Positions 38,687 through 48,509 of a stretch of 64,000 bases of DNA are shown here, one piece after another; position 1 is the first letter of the stretch; every line of letters starts with the position of its first letter. Under the pieces are notes generated by a model that worked only from the letters and a program-made list of their open reading frames with translations, was not told the DNA's origin and made no database searches. The stretch is taken from NCBI GenBank assembly GCA_016709145.1, contig JADJEK010000007.1, positions 35,630 through 99,629 of the forward strand, in the 5' to 3' direction. The position numbers and the translations under genes were made by a program. This DNA is from Planctomycetota bacterium (lineage in GTDB: Bacteria > Planctomycetota > B15-G4 > JADJEK01).

Positions 38687-41600
38687 TCAGGCGACCTTCT
38701 CGAACTCCTCGATCTTGATGCCGATGCGCTTCGAGCAGCCCGGCTCCTCCATCGTCACGCCGAAGATGATGTCGGCGTAGCTCATCGTGCGCTTCGAGTG
38801 CGTCACGATCAGGAACTGCGACGTGCCGATGAAGTCCGCGAGCAGGTTGCAGAACCGCTCGGTGTTGGCTTCGTCGAGGGCCGCGTCGACTTCGTCGAGG
38901 ATCGCGATCGGCGCGGGCTTGGCCTTGAACAACGAGAACAGCAGTGCCACCGCGGTCATCGTGCGCTCGCCGCCGGACAGCAGCGTGATCGAGCGCGCTT
39001 CCTTGCCGGGCGGAGCGGCGATGATCTCGACGCCGGCATCGAGGATGTCCTGCCCCTCCTCGAGCCGCACGTCGGCGCGGCCACCGTGGAACAGCTTGCG
39101 GAACAACGCCTGGAAGTGCTCGCGCACCGCGTTGAACGTCTCCTCGAACTGCGCACGCGAGACGTTGTCGAGTTCCTTGATCGTGGCTTCGAGGCTCTTG
39201 CGCGCGGCGTCGAGGTCTTCCTGCTCGCGCAGGATGAACGCGAGGCGCTGCTCTTGCTCCTCGAGTTCATGGATCGCGTCGAGGTTGACGTTGCCGAGGC
39301 GACCGATGCGATCGCGGACCTGGCGCGCTTCTTCTTCGACCTGATCGAGCGGCGGAGCTTGCGTCGGGTCGAACGCCGCGAGGCGCTCGTCGATGTCGAA
39401 GTTGAGCTCCTCGCGCGCACGATCGCGCACGCCGTTCAGGCCGAGTTCGACCTCTTGCTCCTTCAACTGCAGACCGTGCAGGCTCTCGCGCGCGGTCTCA
39501 CGCGCCGCGGCGGCGGAGTGCGCAGCGGCGCGCGCGCGCTCGAGCGCTTCCTGCGACAACACGCGGCGCTGGTCGAGCTCGTGCAGGTGCACGCCGAGCT
39601 GAGCTCGCTTCTCATGCAGTTGGTCGATCGTGATGCGCAACTCGGCCGCGACTTCGTGCGAACGCGCGAGTCGATCCTGAGCCGCGGTGCGCTCGGCGTC
39701 GAGGCGGTCACGCTGCTCGACGCGCTCGGTCACCGAACGTCGGATCGCCGCGCACTCGGCCAACAGGCCGCGCACGCGCTCCTGGCAGCGCACGACGTCC
39801 TGCGCGGCGGCAGCGGCCGCGCTGGCCGCTTCACGCGCCACCCGCTGCGTGTCCTCGGCCGCGGCCGCGAGTCGCGCGCGCTCGGCTTCGAGCTGTTCAC
39901 GCAACGTGCGCGCGGCAGTCAGTTCCGCGTCGAGCTGCGCCCGGCGTTCACGCGTCTGTTGCTCTTCGCGCTCGACGCCGAGGCGCTCCCCGGCGCTGAC
40001 GGCGAGTTCGCGCTGGAAATGCTGCGCGCGCTCACGCAGGCGGTCGCCCGCCGAGCGATTCTGGAACAGCCCTTCCTGGACTTCCTGCCGACGCGCTTCG
40101 GACTCTTTCACGAGCATCGCGGCTTCGGCGCACTCGGCGCTCGCACGCGCTTCGTCCTGCTCGAGTCCGACCAACGTCGTCGACACGCGCTCGACCTCGA
40201 GCGTGACTTCATCGCGCTCGGCGCGACGTTCGACGAAGCCGAGCGTCTTCTCGGACGGCCGACCCGAGACCGCGCCGCACGCATCGAGGCGTGCACCGTC
40301 CCGCGTGACGACGAACGCACCACTGCCGAGTGCCGAGAACAGCGCGTCCTCGCCGTCGACGAGTCGGGCGTGGCCGAGAACGGCGCGCAGCGTCGCTTCG
40401 AGTTCCGGCGCGGGCTTCAGGCCGGACAGGAGCGGTTCGCCGACGTCGTCGGTGCCCGTGCGCGCCGGCGACGGCGACCCGAGCACGAGGAACTGCACCG
40501 CGCCACCGTTGTGCTGGCGCAGGAACTGCAGCGCAGCGCGCAACGCCACGACGTCTTCGACCACGATCGCCGAGGCCAACGAGCCGAGCGCAGCGTCGAT
40601 CGCGCGCGCACGGCCGCGCGGCGCCGCGACGAGTTCGGCGAGCAAGCCGCGCACGCCGCAAAGCGTCGCATCGGACTTCGCCGCCTTCAGCAGTTGGCGC
40701 ACGCCGACGTCGACGCCCTCCATGTTCTCGATGATGCCGTCCAACGTGTCGCGGCGTGAGGTGAGCGCGGCCAAGCGCGCGCGGGTCTCGCCGATCTCGC
40801 GACGCAGGCGCGTCTCGCGTTCGAGCGCGAGACGCTGGCGCTCGCGCGCCGATTCCAGCGTCGCCGTGCTCTGGCGCGCTTCCTCGTCGAGGCGGGACTG
40901 GTGGTGCTCGAGCTCCGACGCCTCACGACGCGCGCGCTCGAGCAGGATCGAGAGTTCGGCTTCGCGGCGCACGAGACGCTCCCGCGCCTGTCGCAGACCG
41001 CGCGCACCCGACTCGAGCGCTGCCGACTCGTTGGACAGTCCGACTTCCGTGCGCGCACAGCGCTCGAGGTCCTTCGCCGCCGCGTCGACCGCGCGCGCGT
41101 GCTCGTGCTCGGCCGCCCTGGCGTGGCCGGCAGCTTCGTGCGCTGCGATCGACCGTTGCTCGGCGCCCACGCGCTCGGTTTCCTCCGTGGTCGCTGCGAG
41201 TTCGAGGCTCGCGAGCTCGCCCGCGCGGCGCGCGGTCTCTTCGACCAAGTGGTCGATCTGTTGGGTCTTGCTCTGGATCTCTTGTTCGGCTTCCGCGCCG
41301 CGCTGACGCGCGTTCTCGAGCCGCTCCGCATGCGCGTCGAGCGACGCGCGCGCTTCGGCCTGCTCGGTCTGCAAGCGCGCGCTCTCGTCGCGCAACAGCG
41401 AGACCTCGACGTCGGCGGTCTCCACCGCGGCGGACGCGGCGGCCAGTTGCGTTTCGGATTCCCGATCGAGAGCGTGCGCCGCTTCGAGCTCCTGCGCGAG
41501 CTGCGTCTTGCGCTCGCGGAACTCCGTCGCGAGCCGCAGGTACTGCACGGTGCGCAACTCGGTCAGGCGCCCGGACAACTCCACGTACGACTTCGCGCGG

Positions 41601-42229
41601 CCGGCCTGGATGCGCAGCGAACGCACTCGCGTCTCGAGTTCGTTCTGGAGGTCCTTCACGCGCAGCAGGTTCTGATCGACCTTCTCGAGCTTGCGCAGCG
41701 CTTCCTTCTTGCGCACACGAAAGCGATGGATGCCCGCGGCTTCCTCGAAGATCGCTCGGCGATCGACGGCGTTCGCCTGCAAGATCGCATCGATGCGCCC
41801 CTGCTCCAGCACGGCGTAGGCATTGCTGCCGAGACCGGTGTCGTAGAACAGCTCGCGCACGTCCTTCAGACGCGCGACTTGGCGATTGATGAGGTACTCG
41901 CTCTCGCCGCTCTTGTAGAGGCGACGCGTCACGGCGACCTCGGTCATGTCGACGCGCAGCTCTCCGCCGCTGTTGTCGAACACGAGCGTCACTTCGGCGA
42001 AGCCCATCGCGGGGCGCCGGCCGTTGCCCTTGAAGATCACGTCGGCCATCGCGTCGCCGCGCAGCGCGGTCGGGCGCTGTTCGCCGAGCGCCCACTTCAC
42101 GGCGTCGACGACGTTCGACTTCCCGCAGCCGTTCGGGCCGACCAGACAGGTCACGCCCTTGCCGAGTTCGAACTCGGTGCGTTCCGCGAACGACTTGAAG
42201 CCGTGGATCTCGATGCGCTTCATCAGCAT
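38687..42229 (-). CDS. smc: Chromosome segregation protein SMC
   Basis: MKRIEIHGFKSF, Walker A GPNGCGKSN, coiled coil-hinge-coiled coil, LSGGE, ILDEVDAALD. Confidence 0.96.
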   Translation of the reverse strand: MLMKRIEIHGFKSFAERTEFELGKGVTCLVGPNGCGKSNVVDAVKWALGEQRPTALRGDAMADVIFKGNGRRPAMGFAEVTLVFDNSGGELRVDMTEVAVTRRLYKSGESEYLINRQVARLKDVRELFYDTGLGSNAYAVLEQGRIDAILQANAVDRRAIFEEAAGIHRFRVRKKEALRKLEKVDQNLLRVKDLQNELETRVRSLRIQAGRAKSYVELSGRLTELRTVQYLRLATEFRERKTQLAQELEAAHALDRESETQLAAASAAVETADVEVSLLRDESARLQTEQAEARASLDAHAERLENARQRGAEAEQEIQSKTQQIDHLVEETARRAGELASLELAATTEETERVGAEQRSIAAHEAAGHARAAEHEHARAVDAAAKDLERCARTEVGLSNESAALESGARGLRQARERLVRREAELSILLERARREASELEHHQSRLDEEARQSTATLESARERQRLALERETRLRREIGETRARLAALTSRRDTLDGIIENMEGVDVGVRQLLKAAKSDATLCGVRGLLAELVAAPRGRARAIDAALGSLASAIVVEDVVALRAALQFLRQHNGGAVQFLVLGSPSPARTGTDDVGEPLLSGLKPAPELEATLRAVLGHARLVDGEDALFSALGSGAFVVTRDGARLDACGAVSGRPSEKTLGFVERRAERDEVTLEVERVSTTLVGLEQDEARASAECAEAAMLVKESEARRQEVQEGLFQNRSAGDRLRERAQHFQRELAVSAGERLGVEREEQQTRERRAQLDAELTAARTLREQLEAERARLAAAAEDTQRVAREAASAAAAAAQDVVRCQERVRGLLAECAAIRRSVTERVEQRDRLDAERTAAQDRLARSHEVAAELRITIDQLHEKRAQLGVHLHELDQRRVLSQEALERARAAAHSAAAARETARESLHGLQLKEQEVELGLNGVRDRAREELNFDIDERLAAFDPTQAPPLDQVEEEARQVRDRIGRLGNVNLDAIHELEEQEQRLAFILREQEDLDAARKSLEATIKELDNVSRAQFEETFNAVREHFQALFRKLFHGGRADVRLEEGQDILDAGVEIIAAPPGKEARSITLLSGGERTMTAVALLFSLFKAKPAPIAILDEVDAALDEANTERFCNLLADFIGTSQFLIVTHSKRTMSYADIIFGVTMEEPGCSKRIGIKIEEFEKVA

Positions 42230-42233
42230 GGAT

Positions 42234-44246
42234 TCATGCCTTTCGCCGGAGGGCGACGAACTCACGCAAGAACAGGACTCGATCGGACGCGGTCGCGTGC
42301 AACGCCGGCAGCGTCGTGGGAGAAGTCAGTGCGACGCGCAGGCCGGCCTCGACGCGCGCGGCGGTCGCCGGCTCGCAGTCGTCGGCCACCCCGAGCACGC
42401 CAGCGCCATAGACGTACGCGCGGCCATCGTGCGCCACGCCGTGCAGGTCGCGGCCGCGCGCATGGCGCGCGAAGTCGGTCTCGCCGAAGCGCGCGAGCAC
42501 GTCCGCATCATCGGTGATACCGGTGGACACGGCGAGCCTGCGATCCTTCGCGCCGGCGGCGACGCGGGCGACGACGCGATCGATCAGCGTGCGCACGAAC
42601 GCCAGCGCGCGTTCGCTGGTCGCCGCCGATTGATCGAACGCGATGCGGCACGCGGCGTCGAGTCCGGCCAATGCGATCTCGTGGCGCGGCGTGCCGTGGT
42701 GCACTCCCAGCGCACGCAGCGCGTCGCGCGGATGAGCGACGCCGACGAGTCGCTCGAGGTAGCGCGCACGCGCCTCGCACGCGACCAGGGCAGCGTCGAC
42801 GGCTTCGAGCACGGACGCGATCACCATGTCGGGATCGAATCGATGCGCGCGGAACGCGGCTTGCGCGACGTCGACGTGGACGCGCGCGGCCAGCGGCGCC
42901 GCCAGTGCGCTCGCGAACAAGGAATCCTCGGCAAGCGTGAATCGCACCGAGCCGGGCACTCCCTCGTGCACGACCGCCTGTTCGACCACGCCCCACGCCA
43001 ACTCGAGGTCGGTCGAGAGCTCGAGCACGCACGTGGGCACGGTCGCGAGCTCGCGACGCGTGGCCAACTCACGCAGCCACGCCAACGTGAACTCGTGCCA
43101 GGCGTCGCGCGCGGCATCGCGTTCCAGACCGCGCGCGCGAGCGAGGTCGAGCGCGACCGTCGACGGTGCCAGCGGCAACACCGCGGCGACACGCGCCTCG
43201 AGCGCGCTCGAACGCGGTTCGGTCAGCGCGGCGACCAACCGACGCGCGACGATCGCCGGCGCGAACCCGTTGGCGATGCGCGGCAACAGAGCCTTGTCCA
43301 AGCCGCGCACGCGAATGCACTCGGACGCGACGTGCCCGGCCTCGCGCACCCACGTGCGCCACGCGAGCACGGCGTCGTCGTCGGCCATCGTCGTGGCGAT
43401 GCCCGCGAGGTCGACGTCGATCTCCTGCATGCGCGTCGGCGCCGCCAGCCCGCCGATGTGCAGCGTTCCGGCCATGTGCAGATCGGCGACGTCCTGCGGG
43501 ACGACTTCGAGCAACGCGTACTGCGTCCAGAGATTCGCCGCGACCGCGTCGTGCAGTGCGCGCCCCGACAACGACATCGCCCGATCGGCGTCGAACCCGG
43601 CTCGTGCCAATCGATCGAGGTCGAACCGCGGCAGGCCGAGCACGGTCTGGCGATTCAGGAACTTGTCGTGCCCGCGCTCGAACAGCTCGTTGTCGACCAG
43701 CGCTCGGATCAGCGTCGTCGAGATCCGGGTCAGACCGGAACCGAACACGCGACGTTCGACTTCGCCGGCGATTTCTTCCGCGAGCGGCGGCGGCAACTCG
43801 GCTTCGGTGACGAGCGCTTCGACGATCTTCGCCTTCGACCACGTCGCGATCGTGCCGTGTGCGCGCGCGTCGACCTTCGGTCCGGACGCCGCCGCATTGG
43901 CGCCACCGAGCGCGGGTCCGCGCTCATCGCGCCGTACTCGCAGCGAGGCGCGGATGCGATTGCGGCGATCGCGCTCCAGGATGTAGGCCTTCGCCGTGCG
44001 CGCGTGCCCGGTCTCGATCAGGACCTTCTCGATCAGGTCCGAGATGTCGTCGATCGTCGGAGTCTTGTCCTTCCATTCACGCTCGACGTAGAGCGCGACG
44101 ACCGACGCGAGTTCTTCGGACAGCAGTCGATCACCGCCGCCGACGGCACGCGCCGCGCGGTACAGCGCGTCCGCGATCTTGCCTTGGTCGAACGGGACCT
44201 CGCGACCGTCGCGCTTCTTCACGCGGATGGAGGACACGGGCGTCAT
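42234..44246 (-). CDS. Degenerate class III ribonucleotide reductase (NrdD-like) with two ATP cones; predicted catalytically inactive, 670 aa
   Basis: ATP cone 1 (VKKRDGREVPFDQGKI...IEKVLIETGHARTAKAYIL), cone 2 (WSKAKIVEALVTEAEL...ISTTLIRALVDNEL), NrdD-like segments QYALLEVVPQDVADLHMAGTLHI and IALAGLDAAC; no CxxC Zn finger and no RxxGY loop. Confidence 0.75.
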   Translation of the reverse strand: MTPVSSIRVKKRDGREVPFDQGKIADALYRAARAVGGGDRLLSEELASVVALYVEREWKDKTPTIDDISDLIEKVLIETGHARTAKAYILERDRRNRIRASLRVRRDERGPALGGANAAASGPKVDARAHGTIATWSKAKIVEALVTEAELPPPLAEEIAGEVERRVFGSGLTRISTTLIRALVDNELFERGHDKFLNRQTVLGLPRFDLDRLARAGFDADRAMSLSGRALHDAVAANLWTQYALLEVVPQDVADLHMAGTLHIGGLAAPTRMQEIDVDLAGIATTMADDDAVLAWRTWVREAGHVASECIRVRGLDKALLPRIANGFAPAIVARRLVAALTEPRSSALEARVAAVLPLAPSTVALDLARARGLERDAARDAWHEFTLAWLRELATRRELATVPTCVLELSTDLELAWGVVEQAVVHEGVPGSVRFTLAEDSLFASALAAPLAARVHVDVAQAAFRAHRFDPDMVIASVLEAVDAALVACEARARYLERLVGVAHPRDALRALGVHHGTPRHEIALAGLDAACRIAFDQSAATSERALAFVRTLIDRVVARVAAGAKDRRLAVSTGITDDADVLARFGETDFARHARGRDLHGVAHDGRAYVYGAGVLGVADDCEPATAARVEAGLRVALTSPTTLPALHATASDRVLFLREFVALRRKA

Positions 44247-44713
44247 CCGTCGGCCTCCTTCTTCTTCTCCAGCAACGGCCGCAACTCGTCGAGGAACTCG
44301 GCGACGTCCTTGAACTCGCGGTAGACCGACGCGAAGCGCACGTACGCGACGTGGTCGATCTCCTTCAGCGCCGTCATCACCTGCTGTCCGATGAACTTCG
44401 ACGAGACTTCCTTGTCGAACATCTCGTGCAGTTGCTGCTCGATGCGGTTCACCGATTCCTCGAGGCGATCGATGGAGACCGGGCGCTTCTCGCAGGCACG
44501 CAGCATCCCGTGCATGACCTTGGCCCGGTCGAACGCGACGCGCGAGCCGTCTTTCTTCACGACCATCAGCACCGGCTGCTCGACCTTCTCGTAGGTCGTG
44601 AAGCGCTTGTTGCACTCGAGGCACTCGCGGCGCCGACGGATCACGAACGCGTCCCCGGAGGTCCGCGAGTCGATGACGCGATCGTTGTTCGCGGAGCAGT
44701 ACGGACAGCGCAT
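44243..44713 (-). CDS. nrdR: Transcriptional repressor NrdR
   Basis: MRCPYC..VIDSR..IRRRRECLECNKRFTTYE, ATP cone VVKKDG, D.VAYVRFASVYREF; ATGA overlap with the NrdD-like gene. Confidence 0.97.
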   Translation of the reverse strand: MRCPYCSANNDRVIDSRTSGDAFVIRRRRECLECNKRFTTYEKVEQPVLMVVKKDGSRVAFDRAKVMHGMLRACEKRPVSIDRLEESVNRIEQQLHEMFDKEVSSKFIGQQVMTALKEIDHVAYVRFASVYREFKDVAEFLDELRPLLEKKKEADG

Positions 44714-44919
44714 GCGCGTCGTTGCCTTCGGTGCCTTACGGGGCGACTTGAAAACTTGCGTCGACTCGGGATCTCGGTCGGCGCCGAGGCCCCATGCGCG
44801 CGGCAGGCCGCGCGCGACGGGATCGCCCCTCGCGGACCGTGCCCTCGGAAGCAGGCCGAACGGTTCCTCGCGGTCCCATTCCCGCGTCGTGAAACGAGTT
44901 CCGCCCCAAAGGCGCGGCC

Positions 44920-44974
44920 GGTGTATCACGCAAGCGATTGTGTGTCAATGCAGCCGGACCCCCAAATCCAGGGG
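44920..44974 (-). promoter_or_regulatory. Promoter TTGACA-N17-TACACC (with TGn extension) overlapped by two NrdR-box-like sites 31 bp apart
   Basis: -35 at 44943-44948, -10 at 44920-44925; boxes at 44928-44943 (12/16 to acaCwAtATaTwGtgt) and 44959-44974 (8/16). Confidence 0.55.
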
Positions 44975-45021
44975 GTACGGCGACGTTTCGTGAGGTCGGC
45001 GTCAGCGCGGCCCGCGGCCGC

Positions 45022-46845
45022 TCATTTGGCCGGCGCGGGAACCGCGGCCGGGAGCGGGAAGAAGCGCTTGCGGATCACCTTCGACTCGAAGATGCCATAG
45101 AGGCTCGACACCAGCATGTAGAGCGAGAGACCGGCCGCGTAGTTGTAGAACATCACGCCGAACACGATCGGCATGATCAGCATGATCTTCTGCTGCTGCT
45201 GCGCCTGCGGGTCGGACGGCTTCGGCGCCAGCGACATCTGCCACAGGAACGCCGCGGTCGCGAGGATCGGCAGCACGTTGAAGTTGATGTCGATGCCGGG
45301 GATCACGAACAGGGCGTCGGGCAGTGACAGGTCGTGGATCCAACCGACGAAGCCGGCGTGGCGCAGGTCGATCGACGAGCGCAGGATCTGGAACATGCCG
45401 ACGAACACCGGGATCGTGATGAACGACGTCAGGCAGCCCACCACCGGCGGGCGCACTTGGTGCTCCTTCAGCAGCTTCATCTGCTCCTGCGCGAACCGCT
45501 GCGCGTTGTCCTTGTAGCGCTCACGCAGTTGGTCGAGCTTCGGCTTCAGGACCATCATCTGGTTCGAGTACTTCTGCATGCTCACTTGCTGCATGCGCGT
45601 GATCGGGAACATCGACACGCGCAACACCAGCGTGAGGAACACCACGGCCACACCCCAGTTGCTGGCGAGTCCGTGGAAGAAGTTCAGGATCACGAGCAGC
45701 AGCTTGTTGATCCAGCGGAAGCTCTCCCACGAGCCGTAGTCGAGTTCGATCAGCGGTTCGAACGACGCGAGGTCCTCGGCCTTGAACAAGTCCTTGGACT
45801 TGGGGCCGGCGAAGAAGCGCATCGCCTTCGAGTCCACGCCGTCCTCGCGCGGGATGCGCATGAAGACTTGCAGCTCGGCCGACACGGCCTCCGCGTCGTC
45901 GCCCGCGGCGGCGCGCAGCGCCCCGCCGATCGCGTCCGCGTCCGTCTCCGGGCGCAGCATCGCCGCGAAGTAGAGATTGCCGGCTCCGACGAACGCGATC
46001 TTGTTCTGCTCGCCCGCCGCGACGTCGCGCGGCGTTTCGTGGAGGCTCGACGCCAGATCCGCGGTGACGGTGGCCTGGTTGAAGCGGTCGACGACGCCGT
46101 AGAACGCCTTCGGCGGATCCGTGAATTGGCCGCGCTCGACGTCCTTCACGCCGTCGGCCGCGGTCATGAGCAGGTCGATCGCGTCGCCGCGATGGGCGAC
46201 GTCGCGACTGCCGACCTTCAGGGTCACCGCGAGCCAATGCTGGCCCGGGCGGCACTCGATGCGCTTTTCGAATTGCATGCCATCCGGCGCGTCGTAGCGG
46301 AACACGACCACGCGGTGTCCCGCGTCCGAGGTCTCCTCGGCCACGTCCCACACCACTTCGTCGAGCTTCCAGTGCGCGACCGAGCCCGGTCGCACGACCT
46401 CACGCAGCGCCAGCGCCGGCCGACGGACCTTGCGCGGGTCGTCTTGCAACAGCCGCACCCAACCGCTCGGGTTGGAGTGCTTGGCGATCTTCGCGTCGAG
46501 GTTCGCGAAGTAGTTCTTCAGGAACACCTGGCGCAGGCCGGCACCGCGGTTCGTGAACTCGACGCGGAGCGCGTCGTTCTCGAACGGGGCGATCTCGCGT
46601 TCGGTCGCTTGCGTGGCCGTGAAGGCGCCGGATTCGACGGCGGCCGGGTTCGCGGGCTGTCCCGACGCGGCTGCGCCCGCTGCCGGCGCGTTCGGAGCCC
46701 CGCTGGAGGTCTCGTTCGCCGAAGTCGCGGTCGGAGTCCCCTCGCCCTTCGCGACCGGCGGCGGCGGCGCCAGGAACTTGAAGTACACCAGCGTGAACAG
46801 AATGCACAACGTCAGCGTGACGAAACCACGGCGCTCCACGCGCAC
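45022..46845 (-). CDS. yidC: Membrane protein insertase YidC
   Basis: N-terminal TM, periplasmic domain (FTNRGA; YFAA), NWGVAVVFLTLVLR, LKPKLDQLRERY, GCL, WIHDLSLPD, AGLSLY. Confidence 0.95.
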   Translation of the reverse strand: MRVERRGFVTLTLCILFTLVYFKFLAPPPPVAKGEGTPTATSANETSSGAPNAPAAGAAASGQPANPAAVESGAFTATQATEREIAPFENDALRVEFTNRGAGLRQVFLKNYFANLDAKIAKHSNPSGWVRLLQDDPRKVRRPALALREVVRPGSVAHWKLDEVVWDVAEETSDAGHRVVVFRYDAPDGMQFEKRIECRPGQHWLAVTLKVGSRDVAHRGDAIDLLMTAADGVKDVERGQFTDPPKAFYGVVDRFNQATVTADLASSLHETPRDVAAGEQNKIAFVGAGNLYFAAMLRPETDADAIGGALRAAAGDDAEAVSAELQVFMRIPREDGVDSKAMRFFAGPKSKDLFKAEDLASFEPLIELDYGSWESFRWINKLLLVILNFFHGLASNWGVAVVFLTLVLRVSMFPITRMQQVSMQKYSNQMMVLKPKLDQLRERYKDNAQRFAQEQMKLLKEHQVRPPVVGCLTSFITIPVFVGMFQILRSSIDLRHAGFVGWIHDLSLPDALFVIPGIDINFNVLPILATAAFLWQMSLAPKPSDPQAQQQQKIMLIMPIVFGVMFYNYAAGLSLYMLVSSLYGIFESKVIRKRFFPLPAAVPAPAK

Positions 46846-47622
46846 CTACCTTCCGACTTTCAGCCGCTCGGCGAGGTAGCTCGGCAGCACCTTCGTCGCG
46901 AGGATCTTGGTCATTGCACTCTCGACGTCGTACGGCACACGTCGGAACGTGACGGTCTCACCGTCGAACAGCACGTAGCTCGCGCGCGGGTCGCCATCGC
47001 GCGGTTGCCCGACCGACCCGATGTTCACGAGCGCTTTCTCGTTCGGCTTGCGCGTCCAGCGACCGTCGCAGTCCTTCGGCGACACGAAGCCGCCGTTCTC
47101 GACGTAGACACCGGGCACGTGACTGTGGCCGACGAAGCACCACGGGCGATCCTGCTTCGCGAACACGCCCTTCATCTTTTCGGCGTTCTTCACGTCGGCC
47201 GGCAGCATGTACTCGCGGATCGGATCGCGCGGCGAGCCATGCACGAACAGCGCGTCGGCGGTGCGATGCTCGACCTTCATGACGTCGGACAGCACGCGCC
47301 AGTATTCGAAACGCTCCTCGCGCGAGACCGACGCATCGTTGAGTTGGTCACGCGTCCAGTCGAGCGCGGTGCGCGCCTTCTCGTTGAAGTCCTCGGCGAA
47401 GTACAGCACGGCTTCTTCGTGGTTGCCGCGCAGGCAGAACTCGAAGCGCTTGACCTCGGCCAGCGCCTGGCGCGGTTCGGGTCCGTAGCCGATCACGTCG
47501 CCGAGGCAGGCGATCCGCGTCGCGCCCTGGGCCGCGATGTCGTCGAACACCGCGCGGATCGCATCCATGTTCGAGTGCAGGTCGGAGATCAGCGCGAGCA
47601 CGGCGATCCTCGTCGGGGCCAA
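46846..47622 (-). CDS. Metallophosphoesterase (calcineurin-like, YfcE/MJ0936 type)
   Basis: SDLHSN, LGDVIGYG, GNHE, VHGSP, GHSH, NIGSVGQPRDGDPRASY. Start uncertain (47601-47655). Confidence 0.9.
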   Translation of the reverse strand: MAPTRIAVLALISDLHSNMDAIRAVFDDIAAQGATRIACLGDVIGYGPEPRQALAEVKRFEFCLRGNHEEAVLYFAEDFNEKARTALDWTRDQLNDASVSREERFEYWRVLSDVMKVEHRTADALFVHGSPRDPIREYMLPADVKNAEKMKGVFAKQDRPWCFVGHSHVPGVYVENGGFVSPKDCDGRWTRKPNEKALVNIGSVGQPRDGDPRASYVLFDGETVTFRRVPYDVESAMTKILATKVLPSYLAERLKVGR

Positions 47623-47713
47623 CAGGCGGATCCCAGCTCGAGCCCGGTGACGCACTCGGGATTTCGGGACCGTTCGCGAATCGGACCGTTCTAGCCGAGC
47701 GCGCCGGCTCGCG

Positions 47714-48451
47714 TCAACGCGCCCCGATCAGCCCACGTTCACGCAGGGAGACGAAGCCGGCGTCCCCCAGAACCACGTGGTCGAGCAGCGGGATCCCCAC
47801 CAACTGCCCGGCTTCGACGAGCCGCGCGGTGATGTCGACGTCCTCGCGGCTCGGCGTCGGATCGCCGCTCGGGTGATTGTGGGCCACGACGACTGCGGCC
47901 GCGCCTTCCCGGATCGCGGCGCGGAACACTTCGCGCGGATGCACGATCGACGCCGTCAGCGACCCCTGCGAGACCATCTCCTCGCGCACCAAGCGGTGCT
48001 TGCCGTCGAGCAACAGCGCGACGAACATCTCCTTCGACTGGTCGCGCATGCGCCCACCGAGCACGCGGACGACGTCCTGGCCCGAACGGATCGCGAGGCC
48101 GCGCAGCCGCGGCTCGTGGTGCAGGCGCCGCGCCAATTCGAACGCGGCGACCAAGCGCGCCGCGCGTGCGGGTCCGACGCCGCGTTCGGCGGTCCACTCT
48201 TCGAGCGTGCGGTGCGCGAGACCGCGCAGCCCGCCAGCCCGCGCGAGCAGCACGCGCGCCAACTCGCTGACATGCACCGACCGCGCGCCGGTGCCGAGCA
48301 ACAGTGCCAGCAGTTCGTCCGCGGCGAGTGCCGCGACGCCCGCCGCGTGCAAGCGTTCGCGCGGCAGCAGCTCGCTCGCGATGCTCGGACCATCGAGGCG
48401 GCTCGGCGCGTGCGCGCCGGAGTCGCGGGAATCGTCGGCGGCTGGCGCCAT
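47714..48451 (-). CDS. radC: RadC / UPF0758 JAB-domain protein
   Basis: PRERL..ELLALLLGTG, HhH (GVGPARA), KEMF..VHPREVF..HNHPSGDPTPSRED..LLDHV. Confidence 0.95.
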   Translation of the reverse strand: MAPAADDSRDSGAHAPSRLDGPSIASELLPRERLHAAGVAALAADELLALLLGTGARSVHVSELARVLLARAGGLRGLAHRTLEEWTAERGVGPARAARLVAAFELARRLHHEPRLRGLAIRSGQDVVRVLGGRMRDQSKEMFVALLLDGKHRLVREEMVSQGSLTASIVHPREVFRAAIREGAAAVVVAHNHPSGDPTPSREDVDITARLVEAGQLVGIPLLDHVVLGDAGFVSLRERGLIGAR

Positions 48452-48509
48452 GGGGACCCTCCGCGACGCACGACGCGCGCGCAGCTCCCGGGTTACCGCC
48501 GCGCCGACC

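Noticed and set aside
38145-38687. 180-aa minus-strand ORF between smc and lpxL
   Set aside because: No recognisable motifs, atypical composition, overlaps the lpxL start; more likely a non-coding regulatory region.
38687-42229. SMC as part of a Wadjet/MksBEF-type defence system
   Set aside because: Canonical housekeeping SMC motifs and length; no jetA/B/D or mks partner genes adjacent.
47714-48451. RadC as a marker of a mobile or anti-restriction element
   Set aside because: Full-length HhH plus JAB chromosomal form among housekeeping genes, with no mobility genes.
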